DNA from: Enoplolaimus lenunculus
Lineage: Eukaryota
NCBI GenBank assembly: GCA_030248215.1
Contig: JASANG010000424.1
Coordinates: forward strand, 186,001 to 250,000
Direction of reading: 5' to 3'
DNA length: 64,000 bases
Part shown: one piece after another, positions 14,701 to 25,100 of the stretch
Position numbering within the stretch: position 1 is the first letter of the stretch
Layout of the letters: the number at the start of each line of letters is the position of its first letter
The notes under the pieces: model-generated
Seen by the model: the letters and a program-made list of their open reading frames with translations, nothing else
Databases searched by the model: none
What the model was told of the DNA's origin: nothing
Made by a program: the position numbers and the translations under genes

Positions 14701-15010
14701 GAAATTGTTTCCTGCGTACGCCTCTGACGGTTCGGCGTGCGGCGAACCACGACGGATTCCAGACGCAGAATTTGTTGCGCTAAAACCGCACAATCCATCT
14801 GAGCTTCAAGATGCGTTTGTTAAATCGCACGTAGTTGGAACTGCAGACGGTTTGCGTAAATGCGCCGTGTGCTTTAAACGCTTTGTTTCCACAGATTTTG
14901 TTCATAGACATATACGCGAAAAGCATACCGATCGCTTAACTGCAGTCGCAATGAACGCAGAATTTTACAATTCGTTCTTGCGCGATGCTGACCGGCCAGG
15001 CTGTGTTTGA
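2716..15010 (+). CDS. SRRT: ARS2/SRRT (Serrate RNA effector)-like protein, 17 exons, ~1808 aa, with long low-complexity N-terminal extension
   Basis: Phase-consistent GT-AG exons: 2716-2904, 3908-4001, 4408-4540, 4677-5162, 5725-5829, 6050-6877, 7116-7952, 8455-8766, 9171-9519, 10417-10616, 11045-11211, 11419-11503, 11801-11885, 12344-12689, 13006-13283, 13625-14218, 14672-15010. ARS2 motifs: LMSFKEFL..AKYNEYK..FFDAHKDEEWFKRRYHP, RRM start HKTRAVLITNIPP, LDRLILYLRIVHSIDFY, C2H2 finger KCAVCFKRF..VHRHIREKH, FYNSFLRDADRP. The core (exons 9-17) is secure; exons 1-8 rest on splice phase only. Confidence 0.85.
4062..4310. repeat. Diverged ~126-bp direct duplication in intron 2 of the ARS2-like gene
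   Basis: agggcatgcgactgaaaaat...gtaataaatt..gtagcgcaattg...ggtgtaaaaca...ttatcgggacg occurs twice in tandem. Confidence 0.8.
10651..10792. mobile_element. hAT-type MITE
   Basis: Ends CAGACCCGTAGCCAG ... CTGGCTGCGGGCCCG, imperfect 8-bp flanks gctaggag/gctcggcg. Related to 48686-48845. Confidence 0.6.
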
Positions 15011-15457
15011 ACCGTCTGGAGTGATCGTTCGGGGCTTTGCTTCTGACGTTTAAAACTCGAGTGAAGAGTCGTTTGAAAAGCGATTACTAGACCCAAAAAG
15101 AGTGTATATTTTTGAACTTTAGAGCACATTTATTGTCATTCAATTGGCTAAGCTTCTGTGTTTTTAATTTGAATTGAACTATTTTTTCAATGAGGTTGAG
15201 TTATACCCGATTACTGACTGGCAATAAGTGCTAAGTACGCACTGAGTAGGATACGGTTGAGTATACGTCAGGTATGCGGTTGTAACCCGGCTTCTATGAA
15301 GTGGTGTAGGACACGGCAGGAAGAATTGTTTTGTTTGTGGGAACAAATTTTTGCTATCAATATATGGTGACGGCCCTGTGTATAATAGTTACTGTGCTGG
15401 CATACAAATAGTGTGAACTTGGTTTTCGGTTAAGAATGACTGACCATGTTAACTATA

Positions 15458-15625
15458 GGGACGTGCTTATGAAGACTAGACCTATACGCCTAAACCTTAG
15501 CCTAATCCTATTAGTAGGTTTAGCGTAAATTTAGCCTAATCCAATTAGGTTTAGCCTAATCATATATGCGTGAGCTTTTTAAATTCAAAGGCCCACAGTT
15601 CCGTGTCTTCCAGTAAGCACACCCG
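15458..15625. mobile_element. TA-flanked MITE with internal telomere-like (GCCTAA) hexamers
   Basis: TIR-like GGGACGTGCTTA ... TAAGCACACCC; internal gcctaa variants. Confidence 0.5.
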
Positions 15626-15832
15626 TACAATTAGCACCGGCCAAACTGACAGATAGAACTGGTCTACTGTTGGAGTCAGTTGGGTAACGGAAACCGTGTT
15701 ATGAAAATGGAATATTTACAATGAAGTGTTGGTTTTTTGAGAAACGTTCGGCTGGTAAGATTTCTTGCATTCGATGCAGTATTGCTTAAGCTGTAATTTG
15801 CTGAAATCAGTTGATTTTAATATATGTGTTTA

Positions 15833-16080
15833 GGCCAGTGTAAATAACAGGAGCGGAACAGTATTATAAGCATATTCCTAAGCCTAATTGCTTAAGCTGT
15901 AATTTGCTGAAATCAGTTGATTTTAATATATGTGTTTAGGCCAGTGTAAATAACAGGAGCGGAACAGTATTATAAGCATATTCCTAAGCCTAAGCCAAAC
16001 AAAAAATTAGTCTAAAGCTTAAGCTTACTCTGTTGCAGTCCCACAGAAAAACGTTCTGCCCCTGCTCTTTACATGGGGCC
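15833..16080. mobile_element. Family A MITE (GGCC-ended, TTAGGC core) with a 106-bp duplication of its left junction
   Basis: Left ends at 15833 and 15939 (ggccagtgtaaataacaggagcggaac); right end ...ctttacatggggcc; gtgttt on both flanks. Confidence 0.8.
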
Positions 16081-17258
16081 GGTGTTTGGTACGCTTTTGG
16101 TTAATTAAAGTTTATATCGATGTCAATAATGAAATTTTTAAAAATTTTACTTGGTATTTCAAAGTCATTGTTATTGATGCATAATAACGTATACCATGGG
16201 TATAAACTATGTTTTAGATCTCATATGATGTTTTGTTTTGTTTTAGTTGTCGTTGCTGCCACTTCGTGAATATCTGAGTTTTACTGTTGTATGATATTCT
16301 GTCGTGTATATTGTTTGAATAGTCGCTTCTTTGTTTGGTAAATAAAAGTGCGTTGTTCGTTTTATAATTGAGAATTTTACAGATGTGCTTTAAATACCAA
16401 ATACGCGCCTGTAAATTGTTTTCGACACAAAATCGCTTAGAACAGCAGCTTCAAAATTCAAAAATTCAAATTTCAAGTTCTAGGACTATATTATATTTAA
16501 AGGCACAATTTGGGTATGTTACCTCAAGTGGGCAGACATTTAAAATATATAATATTCGCAGACAATACCTCGAATATCATGATATTGAAGAACAAAAGTG
16601 ACGCACACACGATAATAGCAGACATACGAATTTTTGAATATAGCAGACGTACGAATTTTTGAATACGATATGGGGTCTATAAGCAGACAAAATGTTACCA
16701 AATAGTTTAACAGGGACAGAACATGTCCCAAGCTGCCCCGGTTATAACGTGATCTGAACCCTGGCTTAGGCTTAGGAATACGCTTTTGCAACGCTTTAGG
16801 CTTAGGAATACGCTTAATCTACTGTTACGGCCTTAAAAGTAACATTGCCCCGTTCTTCTGTAGCGGCGCTTGACCGCTGAGGGCTAGATATCCTACACGA
16901 AGACAATCTGACCTCCATGATTTCCGAATAAAATATATTTTAACAAAAACTTTAACTGTAGCTGATGTTTAAATGAAAAAAATGTGACCCCGGCTAGTAT
17001 ATATTTGCCAAAAAGTCGTATACCGGCCAAGATCTTATCACGATGCATTCAGCTGATTGGGTGATTTTGTCTGGACTTGTATATGTCTGCTATTGTACTT
17101 TTTAATGATAAAGTACTAGACGCGTCTTTTAAGCTTAGTGAATTTTCTATTTTTAGCAACGAGATGCAAAATTAACTTAATAGCTTTTCAGAAAGTACCT
17201 GGATTCGCCGCGTTTGTTTAATTTCTGTGCAGTTATCGCAGCATCCCTACAATACCCG

Positions 17259-17510
17259 CACTGTAATTTTCAGTGAGTTAATTTTAACTCAGAATGAGTT
17301 GAATGACCAAGTCTGACTTTGGACTATCAGAATTCAAAATTTAGAGTTAATACAATTTACTCTGAGTTAATTAATCAACTCACCCAGAGTCAACTCAACT
17401 CAGAGTGATAATCAACTGAACTCAGAGTGAGTTAAAGTTCACTGTTATTAACACAGAAATAACCAACTCGCTAGTTGAATTGATTAATTAACTCATTGGA
17501 ATTTACAGAG
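17259..17510. mobile_element. Family D MITE (CACTGTAAATT TIR, AACTC/GAGTT-rich interior)
   Basis: cactgtaattttcagtgagtt ... aactcattggaatttacagag. Related copies at ~31240-31534, 33606-33823, 35205-35465, 36824-37052 and a cluster at 39777-42615. Confidence 0.75.
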
Positions 17511-18025
17511 CGGTCATGCTGAAAATTTTGCAATTAATATTTGTTTGGAGCTAAAATGTGTTTTCTAGCTTAAAGTTGAGATTTATAGCGAGAGTAACAC
17601 GGCATTAATCCGGCAATTTGTCGCCCGACAACTTGTAATCCGAAATTCCATCGACTCGACAATTCATCGCCACTCAGTTTGTGTAGTCCCGAAAAGCGTA
17701 TTTCGGAGAGTCAATTTGACTCACCATTTTTTGCAGTGTATGCTAAGGATTACACTTGGAATGCTTTTAGATTTTAGGCTGTAGAACACTGTTGTCCGAC
17801 AAAAGCCTAAGCGTAAGCCAAAGGGTAAAAATGAGTATATGCCTAAGCCTAAGCCTAAGTGTATTAAGAATGAGTTTATTCCTAAGCCTTTTGTATTTTA
17901 AGCTGTAGGACACTGTTGGGCGACAAGTTGTCGGAACGACGAACTGTCGTAGATTCGTGCAACACAACGCCGAAAAGGTAAGGTTATTATGGTTTTCTCG
18001 CTGGAATACGCAACACTCTTAAAAG

Positions 18026-18178
18026 GGTCCATGTACAGAACAGGGCCGGAACAGTAGTATAAGCATATTCCTAAACTTAAGCCTAAGCCTAAGCCTAAGC
18101 AAAAAATAGTCTAATGCTTAATCTGACTCTATTATAGCCCCTCCTAAAAACGATCCGACCCTGTTCTATACATGGGCG
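18026..18178. mobile_element. Family A MITE with exact 8-bp TSD
   Basis: CTTAAAAG at 18018-18025 and 18179-18186; TIRs ggtccatgtacagaacagggccgga / tccgaccctgttctatacatgggcg; internal (cctaag)n. Confidence 0.85.
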
Positions 18179-18458
18179 CTTAAAAGTAATATAGTGGTTT
18201 GGAGAAATGCAAAAAATTTTATAACAATATGTTTAAATATTTACACATTCTGTAATTTTCGGCGATTGACCCTGCAACTGTGAATGAAACAAAACATTTC
18301 TATGTACGGGAAATAGATTTCACTGTCAAACGAAGCATTTAATGGCGTTTTGCCTAAGCTCGTCATAATAAATCGTGAACATGTAAAATCAGAATTTAAA
18401 CGCACAATCATCTATTTTTAAAACCATTAAAGATGCTTAGTAAGGATGTTTTCAATAA

Positions 18459-18720
18459 CCCTTTCTCACATGAATATTTTCAATTTTATATGAGATGGAT
18501 TTTCAACGTAGATTCGATCCCCAGTCTCTCGCGCTGGAGGCGTTTACGATAACCACTGAGCTATAGGAGCTTGACGCTCGAGCCCGAGGAGGCTCTCACG
18601 TCTTGTGGAGATTTTGCACAGCGCATATATGTTATAAATGTTAAACACTACTCACAGTGTGTGTATTGCTTGTACATAATTGTATTTAGTTGCTCATCGT
18701 ATACTCTATGAGTGAAAGGG
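18459..18720. mobile_element. piggyBac-type MITE (family F) containing a tRNA-like segment
   Basis: CCCTTTCTCACAT ... ATGAGTGAAAGGG flanked by ATAA/TTAA. 18511-18570 on the minus strand reads GCTCCTATAGCTCAGTGG...GGGATCGAATC. Related copies at 25578-25715 (partial) and 59387-61209. Confidence 0.7.
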
Positions 18721-19000
18721 TTAAGCCAATGCGATCGCTGTTCATGAATCTAGGGTAACATTTACTTGTTGCAAGCAAAACTTCAGCGAAATCCAGACAA
18801 ATTAAAAAATTAAAACTTTTGAACACACGCGTATGAGTGTGTTTTTGAGCGAAATCAACCCACCAAACATATGCAGAAGTTGTTTATTTTGCACATACAG
18901 TTTAAACTTTTAGAACTCATGTTTCAAGGTTTTCTTTACTCTCTAAAACTTTTAGGAATCCCGTTAAAAACGTTTGAGCATCGCAGTTTGGGCCCGTGTA

Positions 19001-19450
19001 CTGTGGTGACCCGAATAAGAGGTGGGAGGGTCATAAGAGGGGGTCCACATTTTGAGTCCGAATCAATTGGAGTCCTTATCCCTAATTAGAGTCCGTAAGC
19101 GGATAGAGTCCCTAAATCCTAATTAGAGTCCATAACTGCGAATTATCCCTAATTGTAGTGCATCAATGACGCCAGGAGCATATAAAGTTGCGTTTGAAAC
19201 ATTAAAGTCTACTTAAATTTTGAAGGTAACACTCCAAAGTATAACCTTGCATTATCGCTCAAGCTTTTGATACAAGGCAAAAAAACGTTTAATTCAATGG
19301 ATAGTTGTAACACCGAATATATATCAGTAACGAAGGGTGGCGGAGGGCGGGTTGAAAAAATAACAGTCCCTAACTGAATAACAAGAGGTGGGTACCCTCT
19401 GGAGAGACCAAATAAATATCAGTCCACCCCTCTTATTCGGGTCACTACAG
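19001..19450. mobile_element. Family B MITE (TA-flanked, Tc1/mariner-type)
   Basis: TA|CTGTGGTGACCCGAATAAGAGG ... CCTCTTATTCGGGTCACTACAG|TA. Homologous copies at ~29500-29932, 44880-45278, 56956-57385, 61530-61953, 62098-62462. Confidence 0.85.
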
Positions 19451-19835
19451 TAAATGATCACGGGCGAAACGTTTTCTGCCGGACTACAATAGAGTAGGCT
19501 TAAGCTTTAAACTGTTTTTTGCCTATAAGCATAGTTTTAGGCGTTAGGCTTGGGCTTCGGAATATGTTTAGTTAATACTACGGTAACGGCCCTGTTCTAT
19601 ACTTTGGCCGCAATTTGCACCTCTAAAGCGGTTCATATTACAGTTTCGCTGCTTACTAATATGTGTTTAAAATAGCGGTTTATTTTTGACACGATTGCTT
19701 AATAATTTTTCAATTCGTTTGATTCTTTAGAAAAAATGTCCAATCCTGTATGACCCGTTTTCCGATTGGCTAGACACACGCTGTTTTCTGTTAAGATAAC
19801 TTTTCCCCAGTAATCAAAAATATGATCAGTATAAG

Positions 19836-20054
19836 GACCAATGTTACTTTTAGGGGTGTAACAGTAGATTAAGCGTATTCGTAAGCCTACGCGTTGCAAA
19901 ATGTGTTCCTAAGCATAAGCGTAAGCCTAAGCGTTGCAAAAATGTGTTTTTAAGCCTCTAAGCCTAAGCCTAAGCAAAAAATATATTCTAGAATCTAAAC
20001 CTACTTTTTATTGACCCACCAGAAACCTGATCGCCCCGTAAAGTAACATGGGCC
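19836..20054. mobile_element. Family A2 MITE (GGCCCATGTTAC TIR, TTAGGC core)
   Basis: gaccaatgttacttttagggg ... ccccgtaaagtaacatgggcc; flanks agtataag/ggtataag. Relatives at ~30582-30765, 43037-43232, 50849-51020. Confidence 0.75.
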
Positions 20055-20659
20055 GGTATAAGTATCGTTTTATAGATAACAGCATGATTTCTGTGCTTTA
20101 GATCAGGTATAGTAGTTTTTTTACTAAAAACCTATCGCTAGCTGGTGATAAGTGCTAATTTTGCTAATTTCACGTGTTATCTTAATAAAGTAGACTTTGC
20201 TACTGCGATTTACTAATTAATAGTAGAAATTAAACCGTAGTATTTCATAAAGCTTAATGTCTAAAACGTTTACCGTTACTGACTGCCGTAAACACAGGTC
20301 AGACAAAGCGTGACAAACTGCTTTGTGTCTGATAAATGTATTGCTGGTTTTAAGCTAAAATTATACGCTGAATAGCTAGAATTCGTCCAAAAAGTCGTTT
20401 TTCCTATGTTGGGCAATGTGAAAGAACAGTGGCGTAAAACAGTATTATTAGCATATTTCTAAGTAAGCGTCAGAATGAGCGTATACCTTAGCCTAAGCCT
20501 CAGACTAAGCCTAAACCCAAACAAATATATTAGTTTATAGTTTAAGCTTTCCTCTATTGTAGTCCAATTACACAGGCTCATATCTTCAAATACGAAATAT
20601 ACAAAGCTTGATCGATTTTAGAAATAGTAAAAATACTACAAGATAAAGTTTTAAACGTG

Positions 20660-21064
20660 GGCCCATATAAAGATTAGGGGCGGAACGTTTTTCTGTGGGA
20701 CTGCAATAGAGTAAGCTTACGCTTTAGACTAAATTTTTTTGCTTGGCTTAGTAAGCTTAAGCTTTAGACTAGATTTTTTTGCTTGGCTTAGTAAGCTTAA
20801 GCTTTAGACTAGATTTTTTTGCTTGGCTTAGTAAGCTTAAGCTTTAGACTAGATTTTTTTGCTTGGCTTAGTAAGCTTAAGCTTTAGACTAGATTTTTTT
20901 GCTTGGCTTAGTAAGCTTAAGCTTTAGACTAAATTTTTTTGCTTAGCTTAGGCTTTTAAGTTTACGCTTAGGCTTAGGTATAAACCCATTCTTATGCTTA
21001 GGCTTAGGCATAGGCTTAGAAATAAGCTTATAATACTGTTCCGCACCTGTTCTTTACATTGGCC
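20660..21064. mobile_element. Family A MITE with an internal 40-bp tandem array (6 copies, 20711-20950)
   Basis: Unit gtaagcttaagctttagactagattttttt-gcttggctta starts at 20711, 20751, 20791, 20831, 20871, 20911; TIRs ggcccatata... / ...tacattggcc. Confidence 0.85.
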
Positions 21065-22150
21065 GAAACACTGAAAAGCTTTTATAACAGTGTTTTAGAA
21101 CGATTCATTAAACGATAGAGTTTTGAACGCAAGTTAAAATACGCAGAACGTCCCCTCAGTTACGTATACTCCTGCGAAGTTTTACACGGACACTTTGTTA
21201 TAAAGTCAACTTGAATCATGGGTTTATGTTCTCAAATGATTATAGCACCTATCACCAGTTAACGATCGATTTCACACTGACCAACTCCTCCAATTACAGA
21301 TCTCAAAATTTGCACAGAAGTCGGCCAATCTGAAAGAACAGGGGCGGAACAGTATCATAAGCTTATTCCTAAGCCTAAGTCTAAGCCTAAGCGTAAGCCT
21401 AAGCCAAGCAAATAAAATTAATCCTAAACTTAAGATTATTCTATTCTAGTCCCACAGAAAAACGTTCCGCTCCTGATGTTTTCGTGAGTCTAATTTTTTA
21501 ACATCACCATGTACGCTGCAAAAATGGTGAGTCAAATTGACTCTCTTCGAAATAGGCTTTTCCTGACTACACAAACTGAGTCAATATTCGACTCCGCCGC
21601 GATCATGCATCAAAATATTTGTATATGTCAGTTATTTAAAGAATTTTCAGACATATTTTGAATTCCAATTTTCTTCGAAACTCGTTGTGCAAACTGTGCA
21701 AAATGTGGAGAAAAAAACTGTTTTTCTATACACATACAACCTCGTAAACATAATTTTGCCAACGATGCCACAAAATCTCTTACACAGACCACGCCTATTA
21801 GGCGGTTTCGTTTCAAAATGAGTTCGAGCTATTTAGAAATACTTGCAAATTTTTTCAGCCCATGTATCGAACGTTGCCAGAACAGTAGTATACGCATATA
21901 CCTAAGCCTAAGTCTAAGCATAAACAAAAATAGTCTAAATTTTAAACTGACTCTATTACAGCGCCGCCGGAAAACCACCAAGCCCTGTTTCAAACATGAG
22001 CCATTTGTTGCATTTTTTTCTAGATTTATTCAATACACACGAATTTCTTGAGCCTTTTATAAACAGAAACACATGTAATAATAGTTAATTGATAGCATTC
22101 TATTAATGCTTAGCAAAACAATCAAATACTACTGCACCAGCTCTTACATC

Positions 22151-25100
22151 ATGTATCGATATCGGTGCGTTATGATACAAACGTTATCCGTTGTCTTTGC
22201 TATTGCAACTAACTGCATTGTAACTGCACGCAATATTGCACCGGAAATTTCGGCAATTTCCGAAAATCAGGTGGTTTTACTGGAAACGAAAATTGGGCTC
22301 CAACCAGTAAATAAACCGTGTCTTACGTGCCATTTTGGTGTGTTCCAAGTTCGAAATCGGTTAACCAGTAAGAATAGTTTAGCTAAATGTTATCTTTTTA
22401 GAGTGTAACTTTATTAGCATAGAAATATACAAAAGTCTAAGCGCCTAGCCTCGACATAAAAGATAACTTGTGAAATAAGCATAAGCCTAATCATAAGCCT
22501 AACAGTCTAAGTGTAAGAATATTTAGTGTAATACGAGGCATAAGTATCAAAAGTGTTTAACATAAACGAAAAGCCTACATAACAGCTGTTGTCAATCCTG
22601 TAGCTAGCTCACCATGCGTGGGTTGCCTGGATAACGCTTAGAAGGAGCGGCCAATGTAAAGAACAAGGGCGGAACAGTATTATAAGCATATTCCTAAGCC
22701 TAAGCAAAAGCCTAAACCTAAGGCTAAGCGTTAGAATGAGTATATTCATAAGCCTAAGGCTAAGCATAAATCTAAGCCTAAGCGTAAGAATGAGTTTATT
22801 CCTAAGTTTACGCCTAAATCTAAAAGCCTAAGCCACACAAAAAATAGTCTAAAGCTTTGCAGTCCCACAGAAAAACGTTCCGCCCCTGAACTTTACATGG
22901 ACCGAAGGAGCATACAAGGGTTTGAGATAATATACCAGTAAGTTTGAAACTTTTTTAAGAAGCAAAATTCTTACAAGGGGCCGTGAGCCCCCGTAACCTC
23001 CCTCTGGCTGCGGATCCCACCGTGGTGCGGATAACAGGATTGCCGTAACGTGGGCAAAAATTTTGTGTTTTGCGCGAATACATGCAAGTGTTTGCAAATA
23101 CAAACCAGTGCAGTGTTGAGAACAACGAATTGCAAAATGTTTTTGTTAATAACTAAAACTTTTAAGATGAACGAATTATTTTAATGCTGACGTTGTGTTA
23201 CAACGAGCTCATCAGATGAATATTTCATGAAATTTTATGCTTAAGGGTACAACCGGAATCCTGCCTCCGGCTCCGGCTCCGGTAGAATATGTTTTAATAT
23301 CAACAAATTAAACATCATTTCAACTAATTTCGCCTCACCTCCAGCTGTGACTCCGGCAAGTTTTGTTGACCTCCGGCTCAGATTTCGGTAATTTTCGCGT
23401 CCGGTTGCACCTTGTTAATATCCGTTTTACGGTTCTGACTATTCAGCTGATGTTGCCGAACCATCACGGTTTAGCCAAATTTCAAAGTCGTTAAGCCAAA
23501 CAACAAGGTTTAGACGTGAGCTTAAATTTTAACACGAACCAATTAACGCTTTAGCCTTTTAGCCTTGTTTTCGGAACAGTAACCTTTTTATATGAGCGTG
23601 AATTTTCCTAATAAAATGTTTACATATAATAAAGTTGGAACGCCTACGATACGTAATTTTGGACATCGTTACAGCAATGCTTTGAGCATATATAACTTCA
23701 AGTAAAAATACACCAAAGGTATATTAAACGTGCATTGGTGAGCAACAAGAAAAGAGTTGGTTTTGCCAAACTCGCAACCATTTTGGCATGTTTTTTTAAC
23801 ATTTCAGACGCTGATACTAATTCAATGGCTGAAGAACACGAGTACAAACATTACTGCGAACAGCGTCGGATCTTAGACGAACTTAATCTAGTGTCAAGAC
23901 CTTCGTTTTCAATTCGAAACCGTTTAAGTGAAACTGAAATCTCGGAATTAATTGGACAACTTGAGCGTTCAAGCGATTGGATGACCAGCAACGACAGCGT
24001 TAATCACCATGACAACAGCATGATCAATCTTGGTGCAGTTTGGCCAACTGGAAATGAACGTTTGTATATTTTGGCGAATGCAGCTGATTTACAGTTTCCT
24101 CGTTCTATTCAACAACAGCAACAACATAATCGGAAACGAAACAAGCGTACGTTTGTTTTCGTTTTGATTTGAGAGCAGAGATGATATATCGAAAGCTCAA
24201 AATGCCACATGATATGTATTTTGACACATCAGGTGTTTAATTTGAACGCCTTTTAATTAGAGCCACGCAACCAAGCCTTAAGATGGGGCAAGAAAAAGTG
24301 TTCTAAACGTTGAATTATATCCAAAGTGGATGATGCATACTTCAACAAGAGTTGGCCACTGGGTATATTCCGTGTAGAAAAGAACGCGCCCGGCACGCGT
24401 TGCGTTTTTGCCTGCCCAACCTTTATTTAAAGGGGGCTACAAGCGGTGCGAACCATGACACTTTATGCAACCAGCACCAAACGTTTCGCCGCTTATAGTT
24501 TAATCTAAAGTTATTGCATGTGACAACGACCTCCCCTCTAAACAAGGACGGGGGTCGGCCAAAAACGCAACGCTCGGTGGTACATTTTGTTCCATGCGAA
24601 ACCGCAAGAGTTGCACATTGCACTCTTGATTACATTAATGTAGTTGAAAACACTTTCGGCCAATGGGCGAAGATTAGCATAAACGGAACCGGAAACCGAT
24701 TTTACTCGAAACGGACACCAATTTTTACCGGCAACGGATATCCGGTTACACCATTGTAGAGACTAATATTTATTTTACCTTTCCATACGGTACCTTTATT
24801 ATTCGGTTACAGACTGTTATCAATTTTTTATTGGCTTGGGTTTATTGGATCCAAAACCATTCTGGCTTTATATTCTTTCTTTTCGACAGAACTGAGCTAC
24901 CATGGTTGAAGCAGTAATAAATATCAGTCCCCCCGTGTTATTCGTATCACTACAATACTGTTTCCAACCCCGCATTGCTCAACCCCAATTTTACCAAAAT
25001 TTTTGCGCATTTTATAGTCTTTAAATTAGCAAATTAAACATCATTTTTAGTTTTCAATTTTGTCTCAACAAAATTTGATGGCATCCGGCTCTTGTTCCTT

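Noticed and set aside
18511..18570. Functional tRNA gene
   Set aside because: No complete T-stem or 3' acceptor stem and no clear anticodon arm; embedded in a transposon
23195..23225. Hammerhead ribozyme core (CTGATGA on minus strand; also 25552 and 36594 on plus)
   Set aside because: No stem II followed by GAAA and no closing stems
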